A program made the translations under genes and the position numbers. A DNA stretch of 64,000 nt from Nageia nagi (Eukaryota > Plantae > Pinophyta), in assembly GCA_050084985.1 (NCBI GenBank), contig JBITNC010000002.1, positions 21,142,001 to 21,206,000 on the forward strand. The letters are read 5' to 3'. A model generated the notes under the pieces. That model did no database searches. It had not been told where the DNA came from and was given only the letters and a program-made list of their open reading frames with translations. Shown in pieces: positions 48,505-62,489 of the stretch; within the stretch, counting starts at the first letter, position 1, and every line of letters begins with the position of its first letter.

Positions 48505-51500
48505 TGTATTTATGCTACATACAGGCACTAAATAGGTAGAAATATCATAGTCATGCAAATGTTACATTTTTTGGGATCATGTTAAAATTTAAAATCTTTT
48601 AATAGTATAATTTACCCATGTTATAAAATAAAAAAACTCTTTTTTATTTTGTTATGTATATCTTCTCGCTATTTATAATTTTAATAGATTGTAATTTATT
48701 TAGTTTATCAACCCTTACAACTCTTGATCCATAAAAAATGGGAAATATTTTGTATACTATTGACATTGGGATAACTAGCATTAGCATCATTCTTTAGCAA
48801 CTATTGATCTGACATATCATGTAGTAATTTAGGTCACTCTATGTGCCCATAATTATTAATCTTCTAGAAATATTATAATGAATTCCTTCAAATTAGGATA
48901 TTTAAAGTGGTGATTAGTGGTATCATAATAATGAAAGTACTAATAATGTATTGCTTCCCTCCTCTATTTCCTTCTCTACCCTTCCATTTCCTTTAGCATT
49001 ATATAATATGTACTAGGGTTAGGATTATCATTGTAAGTTTAATTATCATTATTGAGTTAATATTTTACTAATACCACCACTAATATATAGGTTATACATA
49101 ATTGATTATAAAATGAGATAGGATGTACACGCTCTATAAGCCTTTAAATTGTCAATTGATAAGGTTATATCACATAAGCTTTAGGTGGTATTTTGATATC
49201 AAAATCAATATCATCAACTAATCTCATTTACTTTAACATTGATACATTTAATAATCTTGAGCACCACATGCTTTATAGCTAGGTTTAAGTCATTTCTCTT
49301 CTTCTCATCTCATTCATAGAAAAATCTTGGGTTGTATGTTGAACTATAATTCAATATTTATTTGATTGTATTCAATAGTTAGTTTATTTAGTATGGTGCA
49401 CTCTAAGGTTGTATATCCTTCTCTAGTATAAAGTTAGCATCATATTTCTTTTAGTTGCTAGTTATTTTGGTGATTTGTGAAAAAAGAGACTAGAGGTATT
49501 AGTGGTATGATTCTCAATTTGATATACAAAGTTAAATATTTTCTATATTTTGAGTTTGAGATTCACTCCTAAGCACTACATAGAGTACATCAATATATAA
49601 ATGGTATATTTTATTCTTGGATCTCTTGATATTATGTTTTATATTGAATACAAATTATTCAATATTATATTTTTCCATCATTAGCTCTTGTAGTTTCTAT
49701 TATGTAGCTTTGATTGATTTATTAAATTCATGAATTGATTCTCTACAATAGTATATAATATCCCTCATTTTTCTAGTACTTTCTATTTCTAGTTTCAAAA
49801 ATTTGGGGTCAGATATATCAAGATCCTGATATGAACAAAATCAAGATCCTGGTATTTTGGGCTCTTGATCCTCATATGTATCGAGATCTTGATATAACCT
49901 TAGTAACCCAACATATATTGGTTGATATGTTTAGAATAACAGCCCTACTACAAATTGTAGAGCTCATTTTTTAGCTCCATAGCTTGCACCTCCATTCCAC
50001 GATGAATAAGGTAGCTTCTAAGTTTTGGGTTCCTAATTTCAACGGCTAAAACCCCATAAGATACCTTCAAATTCTCTTTACATTGTCATGGTAAGTGGTC
50101 CACCCCATATATTGATCTATTTTTAGATTAAAATATCTTTACTTTTCATCAATTTGATAGGAAATAATTGTAAAAAAATAGGGTTTTTTGTTAACATATG
50201 TAGTTTTTTGTTGAAATTTGTAGTTTTTTGGTATTTTTATTCATATATAATCTTCCTAGTTTGATTATTTTATAATTTTTTAAAGCATTTCTCCTTTCAT
50301 ATTTTTCATTTTTGCTCCTTTTCAAACCCTTCATTGTACAATTGTAAAAGATTCATAAAATATAGTTCAATAGCATGAAATTATTGTATTAAAAAATAAT
50401 GCCATAGAAAATAGTTCATTTCATTTGTTGAAATTGTCTAGTATTGAAAAACATAGGTGTTGTATAATTTGGAATACACCTTGTGGCCTTCATCTCACTC
50501 AACATATTAATAAATTATCTTAATGTAGTTGATATTTCATCATAGATTTTCAAGTTCATCTTAATTTTCATTTCTACTTTTAAGCGATTATAACATCATA
50601 AATCAATCAAATGGAAGGAGTCGTGGTAGAAGCTAGAAACAAAATAACTACATACATCATAATTAGCTCAATATGAAACAAATAATACACATTTGTTAAA
50701 ATATAACTTTGTATGAGTTTCAACAAATACATCACCATCAAATAAAATTTATTTAAGATATCATATAATTAAATATCATAAATCTTAAAGGTTAAGAAAA
50801 AAGTATTTCATTAATCTCTAAGAAACAAGGCTTACTAGTACATATAATTTATTAACAAAGATGCTAGAACTAGGTACTCAATTTTGCCAAGTACCATTCA
50901 AAAAAGTACTTTTTGTTACCTTGAATTCATTTTAGCCCATGTAAAGGATATTTTATTTCTTTTCCTTATTTTATAGTTACTAAGAACAAAGTAACTTCTT
51001 TTATAAGTACTAAGAATAAAATAAAAACCTCACAATCCTTCCATAATATAATCTCGCATTTGAAAATTAATTTCAATTTTTAAGAAACATATTCTTAAAT
51101 ATTTAACCCATCCTTAATAGGTGGGGCATTAAAATAAATAGAACCCAATACGTGAATAGAATTTCATATTGTTGAGGTTAGTTTAGGATAAAATCTAAAA
51201 CCAAATAACCCATGCTTTGGGATAAAGGTCCCAAAATGATCATGTTGGGTATAGGGTCCAAAACATACATGTTCTAGCCCTTGTAGTTTTTTGATGCGTG
51301 ATGACATTTTATATGTACATATTGTAGCTTTTTGTGTGATTATGATGTTCACCTTATGTCATTATATTTCAATAGCTATGAATTTGAATTAAGGAAATAT
51401 TTGGAAGAGTATGATCTATCTTGTAGAAGATATTAGTACTATATAAGGTCACAATGATTATCTCTTGCAACTTAGAGGTATTTTTATTTCAAAACACTTT

Positions 51501-52919
51501 GATATCAAAAGAGTTAAATGATTTTTGTTTATATAGATTGGAGAGATCTAATTATGAATTCACCTAGTTATAATTACCTAAGTCAATGTATCTATAGGAT
51601 AATGCTAACTTAAAAGATATCATATAAATTACTTCAAAATAGCCCAAATTGAATTTTAAATTTACATTTCACATAAATGGAACAAACCACTTTAATAAAA
51701 TTATTTTAAATGGTTAAAATACAAATTTAAATCTCTATATTTTGTCCTTTTTGGGAATGTAGTTGGGGGAAAGAACTTGAGACTTCTTGCTTCAAATTAT
51801 AAAGAATATAGATCCTAATAAAGTCTTGCATAATTTCCCATACCAAAGTTCTGCATGAGACAAAAGAAATTTAATTCTAAAATACACATGATCAAACCTA
51901 TCATGATATGGTTGGATATTTTTCCTTGTAGTAAGGGTTGAAAAATGCAGACAAAAACTTGTATGAGCATATTCTTTAGATGTTTAAAAACTTGTATCAA
52001 TTTTTTGCTCTACAAAAGGGCTTAACTATGACAATATGCACTTCAATTCAAATTTTAAGTCTAAAATATGGTGTTAATCCTAAAATCATAGCATTCTAAA
52101 TGCAAAGCCTAGATTTCCATGTTCTAAGATTGATTGCTAAAAATGTCCAAGGGGCCTTAAAGCGTGCTTAATTGTTTTTTTAATTTGTTGATCTTTACTA
52201 ATTTTTTTATTATTTTTCAATGCAAATATGTGAGCTTGCCACTACTTTGTGTGTCACATATAACATTTCTATTGAGACTATCCTTAGTTTATTCAGGAGT
52301 ATCGATACATTAGTCGAGCATAAATATATTGTATACAAAATGCTTAAATTTATTTTAAAAATTCTATAGGTGTCTTAAACTTTTTCCTTTAAAAAATTAT
52401 AATTTTAGCATGCATCACTTTTGTAAAATTAGCAATTAATAATCTTATATTTCTTGTAAATGCTTTAAATATTATAATATCTAACCACATATTTACCCTT
52501 TTTTTATATTCTTTATATTGTATTGGACATACTTGATGTGTTATGAGTCCAATAGCCCTACTTGAGATAAAACTAGGATGTGATGCTTCATCATTCATTA
52601 CAAGGAAATACTTATTCCTTTTATCTTTTGAGATTTGAAGTCATGCTTTACTTTGGTTGTGTACAATCTTAATGAGATAAATATAAATACTTAAATGAAA
52701 TGTTTTATCTTTGATTACATATTCATATAGGATTTTCTTGTATTTTGTTTATTGCATACCTTATTTGATTTGCAAATTTGATTCTAGATTTTATGTATTT
52801 ATAGAGTTGTCTTATATGCTAAATTATTTGCATATTTATCATATTTCTTATTAAACATGTGATATTGCTAATGTGATAATGAGTTTATTTCTATTTATAT
52901 GTTATTTATAATGTTTATA

Positions 52920-53760
52920 GGTGTCTTTTTTCTATCATGGCTGACTCATCCCATGAATTTTATCACAACTTATATGAGACACTACATGATGTAACCCAAA
53001 ATATCCCACAAAATTCGCCCCCTCCACATGTCAATCCTACACGCTAACCACATGTCGATCCTCCACCCCTACACCCCCACCCTAGCCCATTATTGCAAAT
53101 GAGTAGCATTTACGAGATAAGAAAAGATTCACCATATTCAAAGTATTCATAGCTTCTTGAGCCATGTTATACGGTTTGCATATTTAACATGTATTTAACA
53201 TTTGCCATATTTTTAGTGTATTTAACATGTATGTAAAGTGTATATATAAATTAATTAAAATTATATAAATTGTATTTCAAGTAGATGTCCATCCTAATAT
53301 GATCGCATTCGATCGATAAGAGGGTATCTCGATGGTAGAGCCTTCAACATCCACCACTCCATAGGTGGTCACTGATATATCTACTTCATTTTAGGTAATG
53401 TGTATGTGCATGCAATTTGTAGGTTTTAAAAATATATAACTCATTTAACAACTCCATTTTTAATCAATGGTTTTTTTTTTTGATCTTGTAGGATGTGGTT
53501 TCTAATGCATTTCATCTCAATGATTTCAGCACATCATTTCAACATCATGATATGTTAATATTTATGTGCATTTTAAAAGTTTGTAGATGGATTAATTTTA
53601 GATTATTAAATACTTAAAGAAATTAAAATATGAATTGTAATATGTACGCTAAATTAAGTTTATTTATGTTATACAATAGGATGCATCTGCATCAGTTGAA
53701 AAGAGGAGGAGGATTGATGAAGGAGACACATCTAGATCTACATAGATAGATCTAGGATTA
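52920..53760 (+). pseudogene. Decayed multi-exon gene fragment convergent with the Sola2-like transposase (possible TE companion gene)
   Basis: Short GC-richer, low-complexity (Pro/Ser/Asp) exon-like blocks bounded by AT-rich introns: tttatag|gtg (52920), ttag|gtaatg (~53394), cttgtag|gat (~53491), caatag|gat (~53679). A repeated ttttggacttt 3'-UTR-like tail follows. Product unknown. Confidence 0.35.
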
Positions 53761-54247
53761 ATTACATGTAGTTGTTGCTTTGATATGTTAGTTATGTATA
53801 ATGATGTATGAGGACTTTGAAAGTTATTGTGGAATTTGTACTTTGTACATTTTGGACTTTGGATTGACTAGGTAGTTGTTGTTTTAGTATTTTAGTTTTA
53901 GATCATGATGTATGTGGACTTTAGACTTTATTTTGGACTTTAGACTTTGGATATTATGGACCTTGTGCTTTGGACTTTAGACACATAAATGTTACTATTA
54001 TTACATGGACTAGATCTATTACAATACATGTGTTATGTATTTTTGTTATGTTACTATTAAAGTTTATAAGACAACAAACTTAATTGAATTTACAAGTTTA
54101 CAAGATAACAAACTTAATTGACTTATAACTAGATAATAACTTAGAATTTATAATTATGGAGGATAATAACATGTAATTTTTATCTTATAACTAGACAATT
54201 AAATGCAATTTTTATCTTATAAAATTTTGTTTAATAAACCAATGTAA

Positions 54248-54701
54248 CATGAATATAATATGGATAAGTACTCTTACTAATGTTAATGCATTTAATGGGA
54301 ATTCAAATTCTTTGAACTCTATTAAATACCAAGCTACTCACAATGTAAAATGAAAATATCAAACACATATTCAACATTAAGAGTTAAGAATCAATTAGTA
54401 AAAAAGATAATCATTCAGTATTAATTAATAATAGTGAATGTAAATCATGTTGTATTGAAAAATGATCATATAGTATTAATAAAAAAATGTGAATGTGAAT
54501 GTAGAGTTGAAATATCTTATAAGATTAATGATCTCCAATATATTCAATCATCAAGGTAGCATGAATATAATATGGATAAGTACTCTTAATAATGCTATTG
54601 CATTTAAGGGGAATTCAAATTTACTAAACTCTATTAAAGATGAAGCTACTCACAAGGTAAAATGAAAATTTCAAATGCATATTCCACATTAAGAGTTAAG
54701 A
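54248..54701. repeat. ~140-bp direct repeat pair
   Basis: catgaatataatatggataagtactctta...acattaagagttaaga at ~54248-54389 and ~54560-54701. Confidence 0.8.
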
Positions 54702-55062
54702 TAAGGGGTGAAGGGGAGAAGGAGAAGTGGAGATGAAGGGTAAGGGGAAGTGTATATGAAGGGGAAGGGAAGTGGAGATGAAGGGGCAAAGGGGAAGTGA
54801 GATGAAGAGGTAGAGGGGAAGTGGATATGAAGGGGAAGGAGAAGTGGAGATGAAGGGGTGAAGGGGAAGTGGAGATGAAGGGGAGGGAGAGAAGGAGATA
54901 TCAACTTACTTATATTATATTGAGGGGATAAGGAGAAGTGGAGATGAAGGGGAAGAGGAAGGGGATATGAAGGGGCAAAGGGGAAGTGGAGATGAAGGGG
55001 AAGGGGAAGTGGAGATGAAGGGCAAAGGGGAAGTGGAGATGAAGGGGAGGAAGAGAGGGGGA
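54702..55062. repeat. Purine-rich minisatellite (GGGGAAGTGGAGATGAA-like units)
   Basis: More than ten degenerate units with strong purine/pyrimidine strand asymmetry. Confidence 0.9.
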
Positions 55063-55082
55063 TATAAACTTACCTATATTTG

Positions 55083-58000
55083 TCAATCGTTGACACCATA
55101 TGTATCTTCTCTTTCATGTAATTCATTCATAATTGTCTCATGTTCTTGCATTGAATATTTCCACAATAATCTGTTAGTAGGTATCCCTTTATATCTTTCT
55201 AGTTTAATATTTGTTACTAGTATCAAATGCAAATATTGAATAATTTTTTTATTTGGTTCATAATCTTTGTATGCTCCCAAACCATTTCTTCTTGGTACTA
55301 TTTTTTGTAGCCATGAACCAACAACCACCATAGAACCTATTGAATACTCAAATCCATCATCATCATGTTAAGGATAAGTTAACTTATGTTTTCTCTCAAC
55401 ACATCGAGCCAAACCAATACTCTAATTCCTCTTAATTTCCTTCAGGTTCCATAATAGCATACACATGTCCTCCAAATATAATTCATATCAAAAAGTATGA
55501 AATATAAAATTAGTTCATTTATTTACAAAAATGATCATTCATATAAATAAAATGAAAAAAGGGAAGTTTAAATTATTTTAAATTACCTTCTTGTACAAGG
55601 TTAGAAACTCGATCATAGTCCTCTCATACAAATAATTGATTCTCATATTCAATGAATAATTCTTATTGATCATGCAATCCTATAGGTGTTAAAAATATTT
55701 ATTTCCATTCCTCAACCCATTCTGTATTTATACATGCTTCTATTTCACCTACAATACAAGAATCACAAAAACATGCAATCTCCCTTGTTAAAATAGTCCA
55801 TGTGTTATGATTTGAACTCTTCAATGAATGCCATTTTGTTTATCAATTAATTATCTTGAAATTATGACCACTTGTAATATTATTTTCTTTGACTAACTAA
55901 AATAATTATCAAATTATGGAACTCTCTTTTGATCCAATAAATATATTTGTATTACACCAATCCATAATTGCATGTTCATCATGAAATTTTATTGAATCTT
56001 CAAATTTAAGTTGTTTCTAGCAAGAGCTCTTTTCACACATGCACCAGCTCCACCATGTTCACCTTTACCAAGTCTAGCTTCAAAAAATGATCATATATGT
56101 TGGATATTGTATTCTCTATGAATCCTACTTAACCAATAAAATATTCGTCATTCTTAAACTATCCCATACAATTATTTGACCATATCAAATGTTGTGTCAT
56201 ATGAACATTTCATTCCTTCAAACTTGTATGGAATATCTTAAAGAAAAATTGGATAAACTTTAGTGAGTGTAATCGATTATCACTAACATAAAAATGGTAC
56301 TCCCTCAAAATTTTCTATTATATTCTATACTATCATCTACATGTCTATATATGATATGAACAAAAATGGAAACCTATTGAGAATTATAATACTGGGACTA
56401 TATTTCTTCTTATGGTGATAGAGTATAGTTCTTTGAAAATTCTATGATATATAATATAGTTCCATATGGAAATGTGTTTCTACATTAACAAAATTCACTA
56501 TCAAGACACCAATCATTTTGAAAATATGTCACATATTTTAGAATAAAATTACTCTTAAAATTGTCCATAAAACTAAGTACACTAACATTTTCATTGTTAG
56601 ATCAACACACTTCCCAATTTTTCCATCCTTCAATTCATGCTCAACATTCTTGAATTTTTTGATATCCACTAATGTTTTGTCCAAAATCATGTAAACTACT
56701 TTCATGTACACATTCTCCTAAAAATGAAAGGTTCCCACATATACTACATCATACATAAATACATGCAAATTGAATAAAATGATTGACCATCTATAATTTG
56801 ACAAAATAAACATTTTATAAACTCATTGATAGATTTAGGTGCATATTAAAATTGCATCCCTGCAATAAGTTGTTAGTATGCAAAGTACTACTTATATATC
56901 AAAAACTCTATAATAATATATAACTTGCATATGAGTTTTACAACAATATGTGATTGTTTGATTGTTAATTCTAACATACAAAGGATTTCATTTTTCAAAA
57001 GATTTTTGACTTAGGGTAATATTAAAACTACTTACCAGCTTCTAATTTATAAATTTATTATACTATTGAGATGGAGTCATATCTAAAAAGTGTTTTGCAT
57101 GCTCAGTTTGATGATCTTTTGGCCCTAGAGATTACCTTTATTTTAAAACATCTTTACTATTAGGAAATACCCTTCTATGATCGTGCCAATATTTTTCAAT
57201 TTAGTATTTTATCTCATTAGTCAATTTTCTATCAAACCTAGGAAGTCTACCACTAAAACTCCAAAATTGGTTGATTGGATCAATTTCAATGCTTTTTTTT
57301 CTCTTCAAAGCTCTTCATAATGTTTTAGGGTTTATATTTAGATATCCACTAAGATTACCAATCATTTTTTTATTTACAATTGATGTATTTACTAAAGTGG
57401 TTGTTATGGCTCATCCTATCACATTCCTATATTTAGATTGAATCTTGTTCCCAATAGAGTCCATGGTCCTAAAAATATTAGATATAATGTTTCTTAAGGG
57501 ATCCTCATTTTTCACATGAACACCTAAATTTTTCATTATTATTCTCATTTTTGACATTGTCATTAATTGTAACATGAGTTGAAATTGAAATCCTACCTCT
57601 TTAATAAGGAAAATTTGATCATATATTCTACTTGCATGTGTTCTCAATTGTCTCATAGATATTGTACCAAGAATATTATATAATATATTATGTTCAATAT
57701 GTAAAAAAAAATTTGTGTCATTATTATTATTAATATTCTCATTCTTGATACCATTAACATATGGATTCAAAGACATACCTGGATTTGCATCCATAGTTGG
57801 TTCTCTAAGGCTAGGGGTTGAGTCACCATAGATGACTACACATGGAAAAAAAGGTAATAATAAATTATTGACTTGTTAAAGGCTTAATTAAACATTAAAC
57901 TAAACACTAGAATGTAAACCCTATAGCCCTAAACCCTAAAACCTTACCCCTAAGCACTTCAACTATTCAACCCTAGATCCTTAAACACCTAAATCCTTCA

Positions 58001-58360
58001 GAAAGATGTTAAATTATTTTTCAATCATTTGAAGAAGTTCATTGAGAATATTGAAAAATACCTAAAATTATAAAAAGATATAAAGATTCAAAAATATACT
58101 TTCATTGGTTTTCGTATTCATTAAATTTGAAGCTTCATTCAATGGTGCATCATCTATAGTCATATCTACATTCACATTCTCTTCAATGTTTTCCTCTTTA
58201 ATCAGTATGGAACTTTTAGGTACTTCATTACAATTTGGTTCATTATTTTGTGCTCTTTTTTCTCTTTTTATTTTTGCATCATTCTCTCTTCTTGCAAGAA
58301 TATCTTCATATGACATGAGCTTTCTTCCTTTATTTTTTTGACATTTTTTATCACCCATAA
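55083..58360 (-). mobile_element. Decayed Sola2-like DDD transposase (intron-containing)
   Basis: Minus strand reads GTILYIIEFSKNYTLSP*EEI*SQYYNSQ*VSIFVH (from DFSENY...QxEIQS), EYHFYVSDNRLHS, HLIWSNNCMG*FKN, HI*SFFEARLGKGEHGGAGACVKRAL and REIACFCDSC. These fit my recollection of the Sola2 motifs DF(A/S)ENY / ISDDxxHD / SDxCxxQFKN / WxFFxxxHGKGxxDG. Probable N-terminal exons at 57411-57830 and 58061-58360. Confidence 0.65.
57915..57998. repeat. Degenerate telomere-like (CCCTAAA) tract in a probable transposase intron
   Basis: aaaccctatagccctaaaccctaaaaccttacccctaag...accctagatccttaaacacctaaatcc. Confidence 0.5.
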
Positions 58361-61300
58361 TGTTGATTGAGAAGTTTACAAATTCAACTTTGTATATGTT
58401 CAAAAGATATCCATGATTGCAATGATTACTTCTACATTTAAGACTTTAATTTTCTTTGTAAAAAACTTATTTTAACTTCAAATTGGCTGAAAAAGATACC
58501 TTGGATCTCCACCTTTGTAATTTGATTGAAGAATATCTGTACATATGCCAAAACTAAGTCAAATCTTACAAAAATCATCCTTGTGTGTCGCTATGTATGA
58601 ATGTACGAGAATGATGTGAGATGTTCTTGTAGGAATATTTTGTGGAATGTTCAGGATGATGTCTATCTTTTTAACTTTGTAACTGTTAGGTATGTATCAA
58701 GATCCCAATTTATGAAGTAAAACTTGGGATCCTAAAATTCAAAATTCACGGCCTGCACATACCTACCTAAACCCACCCACTAGCCTTGGATTTAGGCTCA
58801 AAAAAGGCAAGTTGAGTCAAAGCTTTTCCCTAGACCTACAAATAAATGTTCATGGTTAATTTCAACCTAAAATTACAACTTCAAGCATATAGTTCATTGT
58901 GATTTTGATTGAATTTTGTCATGAAATTGAAATCCATTTTAGATGAAAGAGTAAGGAAATCAAATATGCAATTTATTATATAATTGGAGTATATTTTATA
59001 TTTTTCTATTAATTTTTAGTGAGACCAATTCATATACTTGAAATATAAGGGTCTTGTATTTTCTTAATAAGTTTTTTTTTTTAGATTTATGAAAAAAATT
59101 ATATAGGGACAAGCTTTAGAGAATTCTCTATAAGTACAAAAAAAAATTAAAAAAATATTAAGTTAAGATAAAATTATGGTGAACAAACACAAGCACTTTT
59201 CAAAAACATAAACATGCTTGGTAAATAATTAATAATAAAAAAATATTGATGAAACAAATAGGAGAAAATATCTTGGATAAGCTCCAATGTGTTAGGTATT
59301 TTTCCTAAAAGGAGTTTAAAAAATACATTGATTTTAGTCAAATTATGGTGGATGGACACACACATGGTATTGTTCAAAAATAGTGTTTTTTTTTAAAGTG
59401 GTTTTTGTTTATCCTCTCTAATTTTACATTTTATGATCTTGGTATTACAAAAAATTATATATTTCAAAACTAGACTCCTAGCACTACATTTTCATCTTCA
59501 TGACCTTTTTCATGATTCGATGTCTAAGTGCTTCAAATTTTGAGATCAAACATACCTAAAATGAAAATTCAAAGAAAACACTTTGATTTTTTGGCCTTAA
59601 AATGGAACCTACTTCTTGCACCCACCCTATAGGGAGTAGAATCATTAGTATTTTATGTACCTATTATCATTTAATTGATATTTATTTCTTGTTCATTATA
59701 TTTATATTTTTCTTATTCAAAGAAAACCCTATTGAATTCTTCAATTATCTACTTTTCTCTTATTCGATGTATAAAACTCAGGACTGTATTATGTGTATAA
59801 TAGTATAGATCATTAGTGAATACTCGTAAGTGTTATACTATTTATTTCAAGGATTCTACTTTCATGTTCTTGAGTATCATTTTTTAAATGTTCATCAAAA
59901 TCCATCACCATTTTTGGTGTTGATATCAATCCTTCCTTATTTTTATGCATTTTAATTACTATATCTTTTTCTTAATAAATATAATTATTAATAGTAGTTT
60001 CCATTTTATCTTTTCCAATTTGAATAAGTAATTTTGATATATGAATTTCTATAGCTCTTATTCAAAATTCATTTAATCTCTTCTTTTCTTTCTCTCTCGC
60101 CATGCTAGTGCATCAATTTTTCCTATTTTCTTTTATTTTGCTTTGCTTTTTGTGGTATTTTCCATCCTTATATTAGGAGATGTTTTTCTTTTCCATTTTT
60201 TTATTTTCTTTCTTCAATTATATATCTTTTTATGTCCCTACTTATAAACCACCATTCCTTTTTATAAGTCATTTATTTCTATTATTAGCTAGATGCTCTT
60301 TTAATTCATGATATTTCCTAAATAATTCTAATGATCCTATATTTTTCTCTTCATCCCTTATTGCTTCACCCATACAAGTAGGATCAGGCATCAACGGGTA
60401 TCTCTAATTAATTTTTTATGAGCCTTGGATGAATATTTCATTTCCTATATCCTAGGAAACCCATTAATTAAAAGCAAATTTACTAGTATGCGTATCTAGA
60501 GCATGTTGATCCTAGTCATCAAATTTCTTCATCCCATATTTATCTAATATAATCAATTGTAACAATTTAACCTTATCCACTTCATTTTTGAGATTTTAAT
60601 TATGGTGGTGAACTTTGGTTTTCTAGTCAGTAAAAGAACAAATACCTCTAGAAATTTACATGAATTTATTGAAATCTTCTATCAAAAAAAATTATATCAA
60701 TCATTTAATGATCTAACTTTTAAACTCTTTAAATTATTTGTGGAACTAAAGTCAAATTTATATTATGCTTGGTTTGAAAGGTTACCAATTTGTAATACTA
60801 TTCAACATCACCTTGAGCTCATGCCCTTTTTTTAATTTCTAGGTGTTATAGAAATATATCTATTGAAGGTAAATTGATTATTAGTAATTATTAACGTTAT
60901 CTCCTGTAAAAGAAACTTTCAAAAAGTAAGAAAAATACAAAAAAATGATAAAATAGAGAGATATATTGAGCAAAAAATGGTATTTCTTGTATTAGTATAA
61001 AATATAAGAATAATTTTTCAAGATCTTATAAATCTAATAATTAAGCATATCCTATTGTGTAAATAATTATATCTCTATATAGAATCTTATATATCTCTTT
61101 TCTTCATGGCAAAAGCCTCACAACAACACTTCTCATGGACCAATATTCAACCTATACAAAAATTCAATTATAGAAACTTACCATATTTATCCACCAATTA
61201 TCAAGAGGTTGACATAATTTTGTTATCATGCTTATTTATTTTCCATCCTCACCTCAATATGCAGCATCATGAAAATGTTTGAGATTACTTATTATATTAA

Positions 61301-62489
61301 GCATATGGGATCCTTAAAGATTGACATACTTTGTTTTTTCCACATACGTATTCCTCGATACCATGCATTGGAACATGGATGCCAAGCCAATATTCCTATT
61401 CCAAGGTATTTTTTATCCCTATTGGATGTGATAGTAGCTAGTCTACCCTAACACTATGCTTCGTATATTTTTCAGTCTTAGTAGCCAAATCCTTCATGGT
61501 CCCCCAAACTAATTATTTACCTTTTTCCACTACATTAAAATGATTTAAGAACATCTTTAACCATAAATTAAATTTTCTTAAGGAGATCACTTTCCTAATT
61601 ACCACCATTAAGACATCCAAATTTATTAATCCAGCTAAAAAAAATTTCTTCCATTATTTTTGTAGCAAATTTTAGAAAGAAAGAAAACCTTTCAATAAAC
61701 AAATAAAAATAATTTATATATAACTTTTTATGTGGTAAATATATCTTTAGTTCAAATTTCCATCAACAAAGATACTATTTTATAAAGATAACAAAATTTT
61801 CCACTCTAATAGAATAAGTTGTTAATTAACTATAAATAATTTATTTTATGAAAGTGGCAAACATTTTTATCCTTTTAAAATAGAATCTTTCCAAATCAAG
61901 ATTCTAACAAAAGATATGATATATGCAATTGCACTTATCAAGATCTACAAAATGCCGAGCTGAATTTACCATAAATTTGTAGAAGACGAATCCACTTATA
62001 TAGATATGATTGCCTAATAGATTACAGCCCATCTTGAATAGAAGATTAAAAGACTTTTAAACTCTAATTATAAAACAAAAGATTAAAAAGATAATAAAAA
62101 AATTAAACGATAAGAAATGAAGGCGTTCACTCTCCTTGAAATACATTTTAAATAAGTTTGATTCTCGACATGCAAAGGAATACACTAAAATATTATGAAT
62201 CACTAAACGTAAACTGGATGCAATCATTGAATTTAAAATTTTCGACTCAAGTATTAGAGTAATAATATAAGAGTTTGAGGAATGATATATCATACTAAAA
62301 ACAATCTCAGGATGGACGACAAGTGCTGAGACCTACAGGAAATGGATAAAACACCATTTTGTATTTTGATGTTAATGACTCCATCATATGAAATATGCCA
62401 CAACTATAAAACATGTTCTGTAATACAAGTACGTATATTACTATAGTCTTATTCAAGTACATATATTATTACAATTTTATTCACGCTAT

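Noticed and set aside
54689-55239. Pro/Phe-rich and Gly/Glu-rich ORFs
   Set aside because: Translations of the purine minisatellite.
57915-57998. Interstitial telomere or chromosome fusion site
   Set aside because: Only a few degenerate units inside a probable TE intron.
59860-61620. Possible decayed minus-strand LINE ORF2
   Set aside because: Composition is suggestive, but no diagnostic EN or RT motif could be read.
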